Source: Felis catus (taxonomy: Eukaryota). Taken from it: a DNA stretch of 64,000 nt. Positions 11,866 to 24,240 of the stretch are shown in pieces. Numbering within the stretch: position 1 is the first letter of the stretch; the number at the start of each line of letters is the position of its first letter. The stretch covers positions 119,104,001 to 119,168,000 of the forward strand of contig NC_058368.1 of NCBI RefSeq assembly GCF_018350175.1, given 5' to 3'. The notes below the pieces were generated by a model. It did not search any database and was not told the DNA's origin. It saw only the letters and a list, made by a program, of their open reading frames with translations. The translations under genes and the position numbers were made by a program.

Positions 11866-13307
11866 AAGGAATGTATTTAAAATACATCTTAAAAGAAAAA
11901 AAAGTAGGTTGCAGAATAGTGTCTATGGTAGGATCCTATTTGTGTAAAAATAAAAGTAAATATATCAAGATTGTTAGCCCTGAGTTTTTCTGGGAAACAG
12001 GATATGACAGGCAGCAGAAGGAGCAAATGAAGGGTATTTTTAAATTTATAAATGGCTGTACTACTTAATGTAGTTACCTATATAGATGTCCCTATATTTA
12101 TATGTAAATCTAGATACATATCTCAATGAGCATGTATAACTTTTATTTTTAAAAGTAACACAAACCATAGATTTAGGAGAATTATTTCTATGATGGCAAA
12201 TCCAGGCAGATTAATTCAAGCTTTAAAATATAATTCTAAGTTTAAAAATTTTTAAAGGAATGAAAACGATAATCAGGCTTGCATTAGGGACACTTTTCAT
12301 ATATTGCTCTAGAGCTCACCACTAGTCTTTATAGGATACGTTAGAGCGCATTTTCACGAATCATGAGACTGATTTTCCATGATTCCTTTGACTGTTGGAC
12401 CCTTTAGGCAAGACTGGACAACATACTTGGAAACCAAAGTATAAGGTAATTATAAAAGGCCTTGGTTTCTATATTTAAATGTAATTTTACTAGCAGAATA
12501 TTACTATGGCCATTTCTCCCTAAGCCAGCTTTTGGATGGGCACAAGCAGTTTGTAGCCAGAATTCAACCTGACCTTGGTATGCAATCTTGACTATTTTAA
12601 GCTCTCTGATTCCCTATGTGCTTTTTATCAACGTTTGTCCATTCTGCAACTATTTGAATTATCTGGTACACAATGAAAAATGCATTCCCAGCTGTATTGT
12701 ACCAGTCAGTAGTGGGTGATGGGACCTTCCTATGTCATTTCTCTGTAAGCGTCAGCATGTGTATTTGTACTCTTCATCCCGTCTCTTTGGAACTGTCCCA
12801 AATTCCACAGGCCAGTCCACCGGGGAGGTGGGGAGGGAGGGCGGCTGCTGCTGAGCGTGCAGGGTGTGTAACGGAACACTCACTTGGTCACTGTTAATGT
12901 ATTTAAACACGTGTTTATTGAGTATCTTATCTCTGGCACGTTACGATTTGTTAATGGTGTTAAAGAGGAGTGATTACTGTTTTGTGATTAAGGTGAAATG
13001 TACAACAATGCATAGTTAACAAGACATGGTATTTATATGATTTTCATAAGTCATATAAATAGATTTTTCTTCCTTCAATGCTAACCAGAGGCCCATGAAT
13101 CATTTGTGGTGTTTATGTGACTGAGTGAATGCTGATTCCGTAAGCAGAATTAGCAAACAAGTTGATTCATATGAAGAGTAGTGTCATTTCTACTTTCTGT
13201 TTATCAGAAAAGTCTCAATTAAAGAAAACTGAAAATCTACTTGGTAAGTTACAGCAGCAATATTCCAATTACCTGACAGACACACACATGTACTTAAGCA
13301 TATCCGT

Positions 13308-13935
13308 CTATCCATCCATCCATCCATCCATCCACCTGATATTTACTATAGGTCAACTATGTGCCATGCTCAATGTGGAAGGCTGAGGATACAATGGTGA
13401 ACAAAATATAGATTCAGTCCGTGTTTGCACAGGGTTTACAAAATCTAGGGAGGAGAATGCCATTGATAAAGAATTACTCAAATGGTTATATAATTGCCAG
13501 CTGAGTCAGGTGCTCTGAAAGAAAAGAATAGGTTCTATGACAAGGTATAAGATAAGAACCTAATCTAACCTGGGAGGGTTGCTTTCCTGCAAAAGTGATG
13601 CTTGAATTAAGATATGAAGGATGAGTAGGTGCTAACTGGGTAGAAGAGGGTGTGTGGTTGATGAGTGAGTGTGGTTGGTGAATGTCTGTGTACATGTACT
13701 TGTGGGGCGAGTTGTCCAGAACTGGAACTGGGTGTATAAAGGCTCTGGGGTGGGAAGGGAGATGAAGGTGTTGAGGAAATGAAAGGATGCCGGGTGGCTG
13801 AACCACAGAGGAAAAAGGATCAAGTAACTGAGCACGAAGTGCAGAAAAGCAGGGCCCGTAATATGCAGGGCCTTGTAAGCTATGGCAAGACACAGCTGCA
13901 CCGGGCAAACTTTGAAGAGTTCTAAGCAAGATCAA
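13308..13935 (-). mobile_element. L2 3' region
   Basis: (CCAT)n tail then tatttactataggtcaactatgtgccatgc...gaggatacaatggtgaacaaa; atgcagggccttgtaagctatggcaag. Confidence 0.85.
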
Positions 13936-14840
13936 ACATGCTCCCCCTACCCATATACATGTTATATGCAAGAAAAACAAAAAGGAAACGTATGCTCAAA
14001 AGCCACTGGGGCATTGTGCTATATTTTACACACCTGTCTATTAAAATTGTCTCATATTCTTGTTCAGGGTTCCAAGCATAACTGTGGTAGAACAGTTCCA
14101 GAGATTTTTCACAATGACATGTTCATTTACTTTTGGGATCTGTGCATCACAGAGCTCCTTCATCAAGCCCTTTATGAAACTGAGACACATAAAGGTATAT
14201 GGCCACTCTGCAGACATCAAGAAGGTACAAATTTTCCAGCTAGACCCATAAGGCTGTCCCAGGGAAGTGCCTGGTTTGGGCTTTCATTGTGTTTATGGAG
14301 CTAATAAAACTTCGCACTTATGAAGACAAAGGAGAAAATCAATAGAAATTGGATGTGTTGCAAACTGAGAACAATGGCAACGAGCGTGGGTATTTCTGAG
14401 ACCTCTGAACGACACCTCTGGTGTCAGAGAGGCTGCTGTACTCTCACCCCTGTTCTTAAATCCCCAAGAATTTTGATGATTAGATGTGTTTTATGTGGCT
14501 ACTGCCTTGTAGAGAGCATTTAGCCTGAGAAGATAGCACAGCCTCTCGACTGTTTTCACAAGAATTGTGCACCATCTACGGGTGCACCCATGTAACGAAA
14601 ACCCAACATGCTACAGTCAGAGGAGGAAGGAGGAAGTGATTGAGTACACATGCTGTTTGTTTAGTCATCTAAGCTTTACAACTTGGAAACGCTGACATAG
14701 ACATACATCCACCAGTCACCACGGCAGTGATTCAAAAGCCCACTATGTTGCAGAAGGCACACTTTGGATCTGGAGAGTAGATATGAAACTTGTGAGTGAA
14801 CTCTCTGTGCTCAGCCAAAATATTCATGTCAGAGAAAAAG

Positions 14841-14878
14841 ATCAATGGAGCAATGCATAAAGAAATTGTTGTGTATAT

Positions 14879-14922
<44 letters not shown>

Positions 14923-15175
14923 CACAACGGAATATTATTTAGTCATAAAAAAGAAGGATATTTTGCCATTTGAGACAACATGGATCAACCAAAAGGGCAT
15001 TATGCTAAGTAAAATAAGTCAAATACCATATGATCTCACTTACATGTGGAATCTAAAATAAAAACAGGTCATAGATACAGAGAAGAGACTGATGGTTGCT
15101 AGAAGTGGGAGGAACGGGGAGGATGGATGTGGGAGTATGAGAAATGGGTGAAGGAAGTCAAAAGGTTAAAAAAAT
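14841..15175 (+). mobile_element. LINE-1 3' fragment (carnivore/L1MA-type) containing a (CA)n tract
   Basis: ggaatattatttagtcataaaaaagaaggatattttgccatttgagacaacatggat...atgatctcacttacatgtggaatctaaaa. Confidence 0.9.
14881..14920. repeat. (AC)20 microsatellite
   Basis: Directly visible. Confidence 0.98.
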
Positions 15176-15668
15176 TGGAAATCTCACAAGGCAAGTTCAG
15201 GAGGGCCATCTAGCCAACAAATTCTAAACAAGGAAGTTGAGGGAAAGGGGAAATCTATGCTTCATACACATCTCTGAAAATAATCTCCTTTGCTACTGGC
15301 TTTTGAAATCAAGATAATGAAATAATAGCAGGTCTTTGAGGATGATAAGATGAGAGGAATTTCATGTGTAATTTGTAAAACAATAGCATCTGCCTTTAGC
15401 AACGAATCTCAAGAGAATCACTTTCAGAGTCCAGAGTGGAAGAACACTTAACTTGGAAATTGCTCTTTATAAATATTAATCAGATGGTTTACAAAAGTCT
15501 TTAAGATATGAAAGCTATTTTAACCTAAGCATTCAAGGCAATTGATTGTTGTAAATATCTGTACCTAGCTCTGTGCTTAGGAGAAATGGTGTGTGTGTGG
15601 GGATGTGTTTTGTGGGGTGGAGAGACGGTGCATTCATTCAGGTTCACGCTTTTTTTTTTTCCCTGACC

Positions 15669-15701
<33 letters not shown>

Positions 15702-16039
15702 TTTGACAGAATGGATGAAACTGTTGTGGTGTCATGGAAACCTAGCCATGGAAACCTTATAGAAATATCAGGAGATTAAGGGAGGGAGTATTGAAGAAAG
15801 CATCATAGAGAGACTGCTACCAACTGATTCCTGTAAATATTATAAAAATAACCCCTCTTGTCATCCTATTTTCAGGGAGAGAATCTCACTATTTGGAAAA
15901 TCAGCCTTGCTATGCTGCAGTTTTTCTGTACAAATAGCTAATAAACAACTTGGGAAACAGTCACTTACTTATCCTGAATTGAATTGGATGTCCAGTTTAG
16001 AGGGCTGAGCAAACAAAGCTCGTCTTCATATCTAGCGCA

Positions 16040-16610
16040 TTCCCCCAGCCTCCATATCAAGTCCATCTGTAAGCACCATTGATTTTATGTCACCAATATG
16101 CCTTGAATCTACTTCTCTCCATTTTTGCCTCTGAGCTAATAGAGAAACAGGCTATATTATCACACTCCCATCCCTGGTCAACTTCTCCTTTGATATGCCT
16201 TCTTGGCGCTCTATGCTTTCTCATAGCACTCAACATACTTTATGTTCAACATGTGGTACTTCATTCAATGTCTTATTCTTGTATTAATTCACTCAACCAA
16301 TATTTATCAGGAACCTAAATCTGGATTAGATGCTGTTCCACCCACTGATGACACAGTAGTGAAAAAATAGTCACAGTCTCCACTGTTCATGGAGAGGACA
16401 CTTGAGTGGGCACAAACAGGTATAAGTGAATGAAAAGCAAATAAGAACATCACCTTCTGTCCAGTTGGGAAGACAGACATTCAATCTATTATCCCGTCAG
16501 CACCCAGCATGACCTTTAAACACAGATCAGGTCAGTTCCCCCACAAAATCCTTTCCATGGCTTTTGGTTGCGCTCAGAAGAAAACACAACTTTCCAATAT
16601 AACCTATGCT
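16040..16610. mobile_element. Cluster of L2 fragments in both orientations
   Basis: Plus pieces at ~16040-16250 and ~16490-16610; minus 3' end attcactcaaccaatatttatcaggaacct at ~16287. Confidence 0.6.
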
Positions 16611-16869
16611 GAGCCACAGGAGGTAGCATTTTGGTCTGAATATATCATTAGGTGAGAAAATGGTGTTTCAGGTCTACTTTATGAAAAGCAAATGAATTCT
16701 CAAAAGAAAGGGTGTCCTCCTTAACCTCTTCATTTTCAACATCCACATGAGTGAGCTGGCAATGTGTTTTGTACCAACATCTTTCTTAGGTTTCTTCTCC
16801 ATCTTCTTCTTCTTTTTTTTAAAGATTGTTTTTCTTTTGATGATCAGCTCCTCTCCTGGAAAACGGCTC

Positions 16870-17005
16870 TATGATGAGGGATTTAACCTTTTTCAAAGTT
16901 CAATTTCCTCATCTGTAAAATGGGGATGCTCATATTTTACTTTATACATTTGTTTTGAAGATTAAATGACCTAAAGGGGAAAATACCTGCTACCACATGA
17001 ACACT
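16870..17005 (+). mobile_element. MIR core
   Basis: caatttcctcatctgtaaaatggggatg...ttgttttgaagattaaatga. Confidence 0.8.
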
Positions 17006-17794
17006 GCATTATGTCTTTTTCCCTTTGAGCAAATGAAGCAGCCCTCATCCTCTGCTGTTGTAAATAAGCAAACTTACTGGTATTGGCCTAAGAGCAGGTC
17101 TCTGAAATAAGAATACTGTAATTGTTTACTTCACACCGGGGCTGTGGTTGGGGCGAGGAGCATCTGCAGCCTGGGTTACTGGTAACCTGTCATAGTGACT
17201 GAGCTGACACCAAGCCTTACTCCGGAGCAGATATTTTTGTGCAGTTAACCTTCTCTGGGCCGTTGATTATGCAACATGTTTGTTCCCTGAGTACACATTG
17301 TTCTCAGGTGGCTGGCGTGGTCACTAAAAATCCTACCTACTTTAGCATATTCCTATTTGCAAATACCAGGCAATGTTACCAAAAAAGCTTCCCAGGGAGG
17401 CAGAGATGCTGAAAGAATCCTGAGGTGAACATCCATCTCCTTCTTGTGTGGTACTTCCTGAGGGAAAGGTGTCTTCATGGGCCAGGCCTCAACTCAAAGG
17501 CAAGCTTCTGCCCCCCAGTCACCTCTTCCATTGCCTCACTCCTACAGATCTGCTCTAAAACGCTTTTATACCCTTAGTGACTCTCATTGTATGAGTAAAA
17601 TAGAATCAGAGGACAGAAAGAGAGACAAGCAAACATGAGAGCAAGCATGAACATGATGATAATAGAGAATAGAGAGCAAGAATAAAATAAAAGTTACCAG
17701 TCATTCTACCCTCTCCCTATCTCCAAATAACAAATGACTTCAACCGACATTTGGCTGTAGCCTTTCAGATTTTTTCTCAATTCATATATTTTTA

Positions 17795-18035
17795 CATATT
17801 AAAGTGGGTAAGTACATGGACTATGGAATAAGCCTTCCTGGCTTAAATCCCAGCTGTGTGTGCTACTAGCTAGGGGCTGAAATTATTTTTAGCTCCTCTG
17901 TCTCAGTTTCCTCATCCACAAAAGAGAAATTTCTCCTGGGATTTGTGAGAATTAATGAGGTAATAAATGTAAAAATGATCAGAAAAGTGCCTAGCACATA
18001 GTAGGTTCTCAGTAAATTCTGTCTAGATGTATAGT
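17795..18035 (+). mobile_element. MIR, near full length
   Basis: cctggcttaaatcccagct...ctcagtttcctcatc...gtgagaattaatgaggtaataaatgtaaaa...gtgcctagcacatagtaggttctcagtaaat. Confidence 0.85.
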
Positions 18036-18069
18036 TATATATAAAAATTGGATTGGGAATGCTTACCTG

Positions 18070-18165
18070 TGTGACTTGGGGAAGAGAAGAACAATGTCCC
18101 TTGTTCACAGCCAATTTCCCAAAGCACACAGTAGGGAATGAATAAACATTTGTTAAATGAATGAG
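18070..18165 (+). mobile_element. L2 3' end
   Basis: cttgttcacagcc...gcacacagtagggaatgaataaacatttgttaaatgaatga. Confidence 0.6.
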
Positions 18166-18212
18166 GGAATAAGCTAGTTAATTAATTAATTAGAAAAATA
18201 CATGAGTGGGTA

Positions 18213-18293
18213 CAAGCTGAAATGAATGTAACATTGTGGGTAAAGTATGCTCAATTAAAAAAATAAAAAGAATTGCAATTAATTGAAACATAA
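18213..18293 (+). mobile_element. Extremely 5'-truncated carnivore L1 terminus with TSD
   Basis: gctgaaatgaatgtaacattgtgggtaaagtatgctcaattaaaaaaa resembles the L1_Carn 3' end; flanked by AAAAATA(CA)TGAGTGGGTA direct repeats. Confidence 0.7.
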
Positions 18294-19334
18294 AAAAATA
18301 TGAGTGGGTAATTAATGAGAATGTGTCAAGGTGAATTGGACCCAATGAAAATCACTAGCTGAGGAGAACCTTTGGATGCTGGCGATTTTCCTAGAAATAT
18401 TGATAAACTTATATTAGGAACTTAAAGCCTTCTTAGGAAAAGAAGAATCTCATGGAATCACCCTGGAACACAATGGGAGGAAAGGAACTGTTCAGCCATG
18501 TCAGTAACTTACGGTGGATATTGGGGTCTTCTGCTGCTCAAACATCATGTTCATTGTTCTGAGGGGAGCTGAAGGTCTACATTCCTGAGTCTGGCTTCTG
18601 ATCTGCAGATGCTAGAACCCTCTCCTAACTCCAGGCACCTCATTGCCTCCTGCTTATTGGCTTTATTTCAGTCTTGAAGAAATGACAGAAATTGGTCACT
18701 CACCACCAGGTCTGTGAAAAACTTCTACAGAATTTATACAAGCCAAGTGCCCCATCTTACTTTCCAATTCAGACTAGAGAAATGCTTGTAGTTGATGAAC
18801 AACTCCAAGTTCTCGGCGAAAGTCAGTGCTTGGGAATGGCTTGAACATTTTCAGTCGTGGGGTTCTGAGAAGAGAGCATTCTCCAGGGGGCTAGGAGAGA
18901 AGGTGTGAAGGGTATGTGTGCCAGAGATGCACGGTGGGATGGGCTGAAGGTCTGTCTGAAGCCTGGAATGACAGAGGGCAGTTTCACACATTGCTCATGG
19001 TGAGGCCTGTTTTCCAGCCTGGTTAAATACCATTACATCACTCCTCCAGTTACAAAAAATCCAGCCAGAGCTTGCCACAGCAATTCCCTGAGATCCAACT
19101 CAAACACACTGCCCCTCCCCAGTCCTGGAGGCTGACGACGTGTGAAGGAAAAGCCAATTCACGACATCCTTCTGTTGGGCTTGAGAGGCTGAGGGTGAAT
19201 TGGCGGGGCAGGTGCATGGTGGGTAGCTTTCTAAGAGTACATATGACCGGACATCAGCGACACACATGCTTGTCTTTTTCTTTCTTTCCTTTTTTTTTTT
19301 TTAAAGAAACATCATTTGAATTCCATTTTTCCAC

Positions 19335-19555
19335 TTGACAGACTATCAAGGCTGACATCCTAGCTCTGCTGCTAACTAACTAAGACCTTGGGCTAATCCC
19401 ATGAGCTTGCAAAACCCCAGATTCATCATCTGTAAAATGGGGATATAATAGGACCAATCCTCATGGGACATGTGAGAATAAAACCAGAGCATCCACATAA
19501 AGTAGTGCCTGGCATATGTTAACATGCTCAGTAAATGTTTTCTGTTATTGTTATC
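19335..19555 (+). mobile_element. MIR
   Basis: gaccttgggc...ttcatcatctgtaaaatggggatataatagg...gtgcctggcatatg...ctcagtaaatgtt. Confidence 0.85.
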
Positions 19556-19622
19556 ACCAGTGAAGATGGTCAGTCCATATTAATTAGGGCTTTTCCTGTC
19601 TTCTCTCCCTCAAAAACATACC

Positions 19623-21237
19623 TTTTTTTAAGGTAAATTTTGTTGAGGTAAAAAAATCCACACTGAAAGGGACAGAAACTGTAAGTTGTTTGATGAATGT
19701 TTGCACAATGGGGGCCCCACATAACCACACCTATCAAGATATATAGCTTCTTGTAGCATCACTAGCTCCCAGAATCTTCTGTGTTCCCCTTCAAACTCAC
19801 TGTTCCCACCATTCTGACTCCTGTCACTAGAAACTAGCTTTTATGGTGAAATCATTGTCCTAACCACCAACCAAATAAAAATATAGAAGAGTTTCAGCAA
19901 GCCAAATGGATTCCCATTCCACCCAAAGAGAACTACTCTTGATTTCTATGACAATAAATTTTGTTTTGGTTTTATATGAATGGAATTATACAGATCATGC
20001 AGTATGTGCTGTTTTGTATCTGGCTTCTTTTACTCAACCGTATGTTTACCTATGGAATCCATCCATGTTGCTACATGAAGCAGACATTCATTCTTACTGC
20101 CATATAGCACTGTGTTGTACAAATAGCCCACAATATATTTTATGTCGATGAATTTTTGTGTGGCTCCTGGTTTTTTGTTTTTGTGGTTTTTTTGTTTTTG
20201 TTTTTTTTGCTACTCCAAACCATGCTGCTGTGAATATTCTTGTACATGTCTTTCAGTGCACATATATGCATGTTTATGTTTTTTTTTATGTATCTAAGAG
20301 TGAAATTGGCAATATCGTAGCATGCTAATGTGTTTTTAGTAGACAGTGCCAAACGATTCTCAGTGTTGTGCCAATCTATGTGCCAGCAATACAGGAAAGC
20401 TCTGGTTGCTTTACATTCTCATCAACACTTGTAATTACAAGTTTTTTGTTTTTGTTTTTTAATTTAGTGACTCTGGTGGGTGTGTAGTATTACCTCATTG
20501 TTTTAATTTGCATTTCCCTGAAAGAGAAGATGTTAAGCCCTTATACTGATCATTTTCATATCCTCTTGTGAACTGGACAACTCTTTTGTCCATTTTTCTA
20601 TTGGATTACCTGTCTTTTTCTTACGGATTTAGGAAAGTTAAAAAAAACATAAACACATGTCCTTTGTTAATTATGCAAATATCTGTTCCCACTCTGCAGC
20701 TTGCCTTTTCATTTTCTTGACAATGTCTTTTGATGAGCAGAAGTTTTTAATTTTACTGTGGTTCACCTTATCAATTATCTTCTCATAGTAGGTGCTTTTC
20801 ATGTCCTGTTTAAGAAAATCACTGCTCATCCCAATATGATGAAAGTATTTTCCCATGTTATCTTCTAGAAGATTATTATTTTTCCTTTCACAACTGAAGG
20901 TGAGTTTTGTGAATGGTGTGAGGTAGGGGTCATGATTCATTCCCCTTCCTCCATATAAAAATTCAAGTGATGCAGCATCATTTATTGTAAAAGTCATCCT
21001 TTCCTCATTGCAGAGTAATGCCATTACTGTCCAATATCTGGTAACGACATATGTGGACGTCTTCTCTGGATTTTTTCCCATTGATTTGTCTGTTCTTATG
21101 TCATTATTGCACTTTCTTAATTACTCTAATTTTATACCAAATCTTAAGATTTGGTAACAATACAAGTCTTCTTGGTTTCTTCTTCTTAAAGCTTACCTAA
21201 CAACTTGCCAATTTATTTTTCATGTACATGCACCACA

Positions 21238-21285
<48 letters not shown>

Positions 21286-21722
21286 CAAAGAGGGAGAGAG
21301 AGAGGGAAAAATTTGTGCTTTTGTTTCAGATTGCATTGAATCGATAGACCAATTTGGGCATAAATATATTGAGTCTTTTAATCAATGAATATGGAAGAGC
21401 TCTTCAAATATTTAGATTTCCTTTAATTTCTTTCAGTAATGTCTTGTAGTTTTCAGTGTAGAAGTCTTAAACATCCTTCACTAGATTTGTCCTGTTGTGC
21501 TTGTTTGATGCTATTATATATGGTATTTAAAAATTTTCATTTCCTAATTGTTGCTGGCACATATATAGAAACAGTTGGTTTTGTTGTACACTGACTTTGT
21601 ATCCACCAATTTTACTGTATTCAGTTAATTCATTTGAATCAGTAAATCTGTGAATTATTAATTTCAATATGTAAATTAAAAATAATTATATGTACACGGT
21701 TCTATCAACTGCAAATAATGAC
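19623..21722 (-). mobile_element. LINE-1 (L1ME/L1MD-like) 3' UTR plus ORF2 C-terminal part, degenerate
   Basis: ORF 20671-21081(-) contains DPYLTPFTK...LLEDNMGKYFHHIG...KIKNFCSSKDIVKKMKRQAAEWEQIFA, matching the L1 ORF2 C-terminal region. Confidence 0.9.
21241..21306. repeat. (AG)n microsatellite inside L1
   Basis: Directly visible. Confidence 0.97.
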
Positions 21723-21790
21723 AGCTGAAGTGCAGTTTTGGGGGACTTAAATTATTTATGTTTCCACTTTATAAAAGAGACATGTCTTCT

Positions 21791-21984
21791 TTAATTTTTT
21801 TAATGTTTATTTATTTTTCAGAGACTGAGAAACAGAACATGAGTAGGGGAGGGCAGAGAGAGAGAAGGAAACAGAATCTGAAACAGGCTCCAGACTCCAA
21901 GTTCAGGGCCTGAATGTATGAGCTCTGAGATCATCACCTGAGCCAAAGTTGGATGCCTAACCGACTAAGCCACCCTGATGCCCC
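21791..21984 (-). mobile_element. SINEC_Fc-type SINE, diverged with internal deletion
   Basis: cagaatctgaaacaggctccag...cctgagccaaagttggatgcctaaccgactaagccaccc; degenerate TSD AAAGAGAC...TTCT. Confidence 0.93.
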
Positions 21985-23505
21985 AAAGAGACTCATTTTC
22001 TATCACATTTAAAATAAACCCTAAACTTCTTTTTATACCCTTCAAATGTTTAACTTATGATTATGTGATTATGTGGGATAAATAAACCCATGTCTCAAAA
22101 GCAACATCTACTTCTGTCCTCAAGAAAACTGAGCACCCAAATGAACCCCTACATTTCTTACACTGAAAGAAAGTTTCCCTTTTGCATTTTACTATGTGAA
22201 GGTGGAAACTAATCTCTGGGGACAAAAGTACTGAAAAGTAAATTTAACTTTGCACATATACCAGCAAGTAACCCCCCCCCCCATATAATTTCATACAATT
22301 TAAATATTTTTCAAGATATATTATTTTCTACCTAGATTTAATTGGACACTGCATTCATTGTAATTGTCAACATCAATTGAGATTCTAGCATTTAGGGAAA
22401 GGATGACAAAATATAAGACACAAGAACTTCCATGCCAACTTCCTGTGATTATGGCAGACCTCACTAATCAATCACGACATTCTCTACTATTTAGTCCGGA
22501 AGGGGTCTCAGGACCCTTCTTAATGCAGAGTCCCAGGAAATTACTAATGCCAGTTGATTGGATCTGTTACTTAAAAACTATTTGCCTTCTTTAATATAGA
22601 ATTTCTGGGAGCACTTTACTATATCCTTAAAGCTCCTAGAGCTTGTTCCTTCCAACATAATCATCTTAAATTTTTCTCTGAATTGTCTAGTATTATATAG
22701 CTGTGACTGAACTGTACTACATTTAAGGCGGTATGAAAGAAATTAACTGGCTGGCTAGCTGTCTGCCTCCAACAGGTCTGCTCAGGTAGGCGATTCCTTG
22801 GTGAGGTAATCTCAGGACAGGACCTAATCCTCACCTTTGTATTTTTAGAAACTTTATTCAATCAGCTGTCCCTGAGTTTATCAAGCTCCCAGGCACTGAC
22901 TCAGACGGATACTAACTGGAGACAGATTTATAAATGAGAATGCTGGCAGCTGACTGATTTGTAGTGGGAGTACAGAACTTGCCAGTGGGTAGAACTCTGC
23001 TCTCCACTACTCAGGAGATTCACTTCCTCATCTTGAGCTATGTGGAAAAGTGAATCAGGAATCTGAGGTTTAGTGGTTAAGAGCTCAGTTGCTGGGGTGG
23101 AATCTCAGGTCTTGGTGATGTCAGAAAAACCGGGTTTAGCTTCTAAATCTTGGTCTTTTCATTTGGATATTAGGGGTGGGGGAAGCAACTGTAATTACTT
23201 CTGTGGGTTCAATGTGCAGAGTCCCATGCTTCGTTTAAAAACTTAGGATAAGTCACATAGAAAAAGTCATTAGACAATGAATTATTAGTGCAGGCTCAGC
23301 ACAAAGGGAATAGGATATTTTAAAGGACTGTTTTGCCCAGACTGTGGAAAAGTTTTGAACTGCCCCTCTGCCTTGTTAGGGGTCCAAATCATTAGGGTTC
23401 CTCTGATAAAGTATATGTCACTTTCTTTTTGTTGGATACTTTTGGATGAAAACTAATAAATTCTTAAACACAAAATCTCCATTTTCTAGGCTTCAGGCTG
23501 ACTCC

Positions 23506-23562
23506 CTTCTTCTTCTTCTTCTTCTTCTTCTTCTTCTTCTTCTTCTTCTTCTTCTTCTTCTT
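23506..23562. repeat. (CTT)19 trinucleotide repeat at an L1 tail
   Basis: Directly visible, uninterrupted. Confidence 0.98.
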
Positions 23563-23745
23563 TTTGTTTTAATTTATTTTCAAGTTAGTGAACACACAGT
23601 GTAGTTTTGGATTCAGGAGTAGAACCCAGTGATTCATCTCTTACATGTGATACCCAGTGCTCATCTTGAAAAGTGCCCCTCTTAATGCCTGTCAGCCCCT
23701 CCAGCAACCCTTAGTTTTTTTAAGAGTCTCTTATGGTTTCACTCT
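23563..23745 (-). mobile_element. Feliform/carnivore L1 3' UTR end
   Basis: tcaggagtagaacccagtgattcatc is the exact reverse complement of a stretch in the + strand L1 3' UTR near 43046. Confidence 0.9.
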
Positions 23746-24059
23746 CTTCTGATGACAGTCATCATAAGACTAGATCAAATAAAAGAACTAGGTGATAACC
23801 TTTTATATTGGTCGCATTCTAACTCTGAGGAAAGATGCTGGGCATCTTGACTAGACAATAGACATATTATGGTCTTTGGCCCTAGGAGATATATTGACCT
23901 CCTTGATAAAGCCTTGGTGTTTCTTGGTATAGAAATACACCCCAAGGTGCAGGTGTGTGTATGTCTACTGTGATTATACTGGAGGTGGGGTGAAGAAGAA
24001 GAAGGGAATGTTTCCTGAGTGGTTGATGTATATTATAGTCACTTAACATGTGCTTATTG

Positions 24060-24240
24060 TTCATAATAACCCTGTAACTTTTGTCTTTTATCCTCATTTT
24101 ATGGCTAATATACAGAAGGTGTGAATAATTAGACTAAAACCCCAAGGCTAGCAGGTGCATTTGAACATCTGGTGGACTTGAACTTATGGTTGTCTGATAA
24201 CATAGTCCATGCTCCTTCCACCACACCTTAGTACTTTCAG
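24060..24240 (-). mobile_element. MIR, degenerate
   Basis: tcataataaccctgtaa...tatcctcatttta...ggacttgaacttatggttgtctgat...ccatgctccttccaccacacc. Confidence 0.65.

Larger units (their letters stand above)
11305..12160 (+). mobile_element. Old L1ME-type 3' fragment hosting a SINE and a short antisense L1 end
   Basis: cactgcattgttattgtaac...ggaaacaatgtaaacacccatcaaaaggagact; aaaagtaggttgcagaatagtgtctatggtaggatcctatttgtgtaaaa. Confidence 0.65.

Noticed and set aside
12451..12480. TATAAAAG box and MEF2-like CTATATTTAA as a promoter
   Set aside because: Short AT-rich motifs are frequent by chance here; no CpG island or downstream exon evidence
18880..18893. CTCF-like TCTCCAGGGGGCTA
   Set aside because: Several mismatches at informative positions; unsupported without ChIP data
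19153..19204. 10-bp inverted repeat GCCAATTCAC / GTGAATTGGC as a pre-miRNA
   Set aside because: Stem does not extend outward; a couple of such matches are expected by chance in 64 kb
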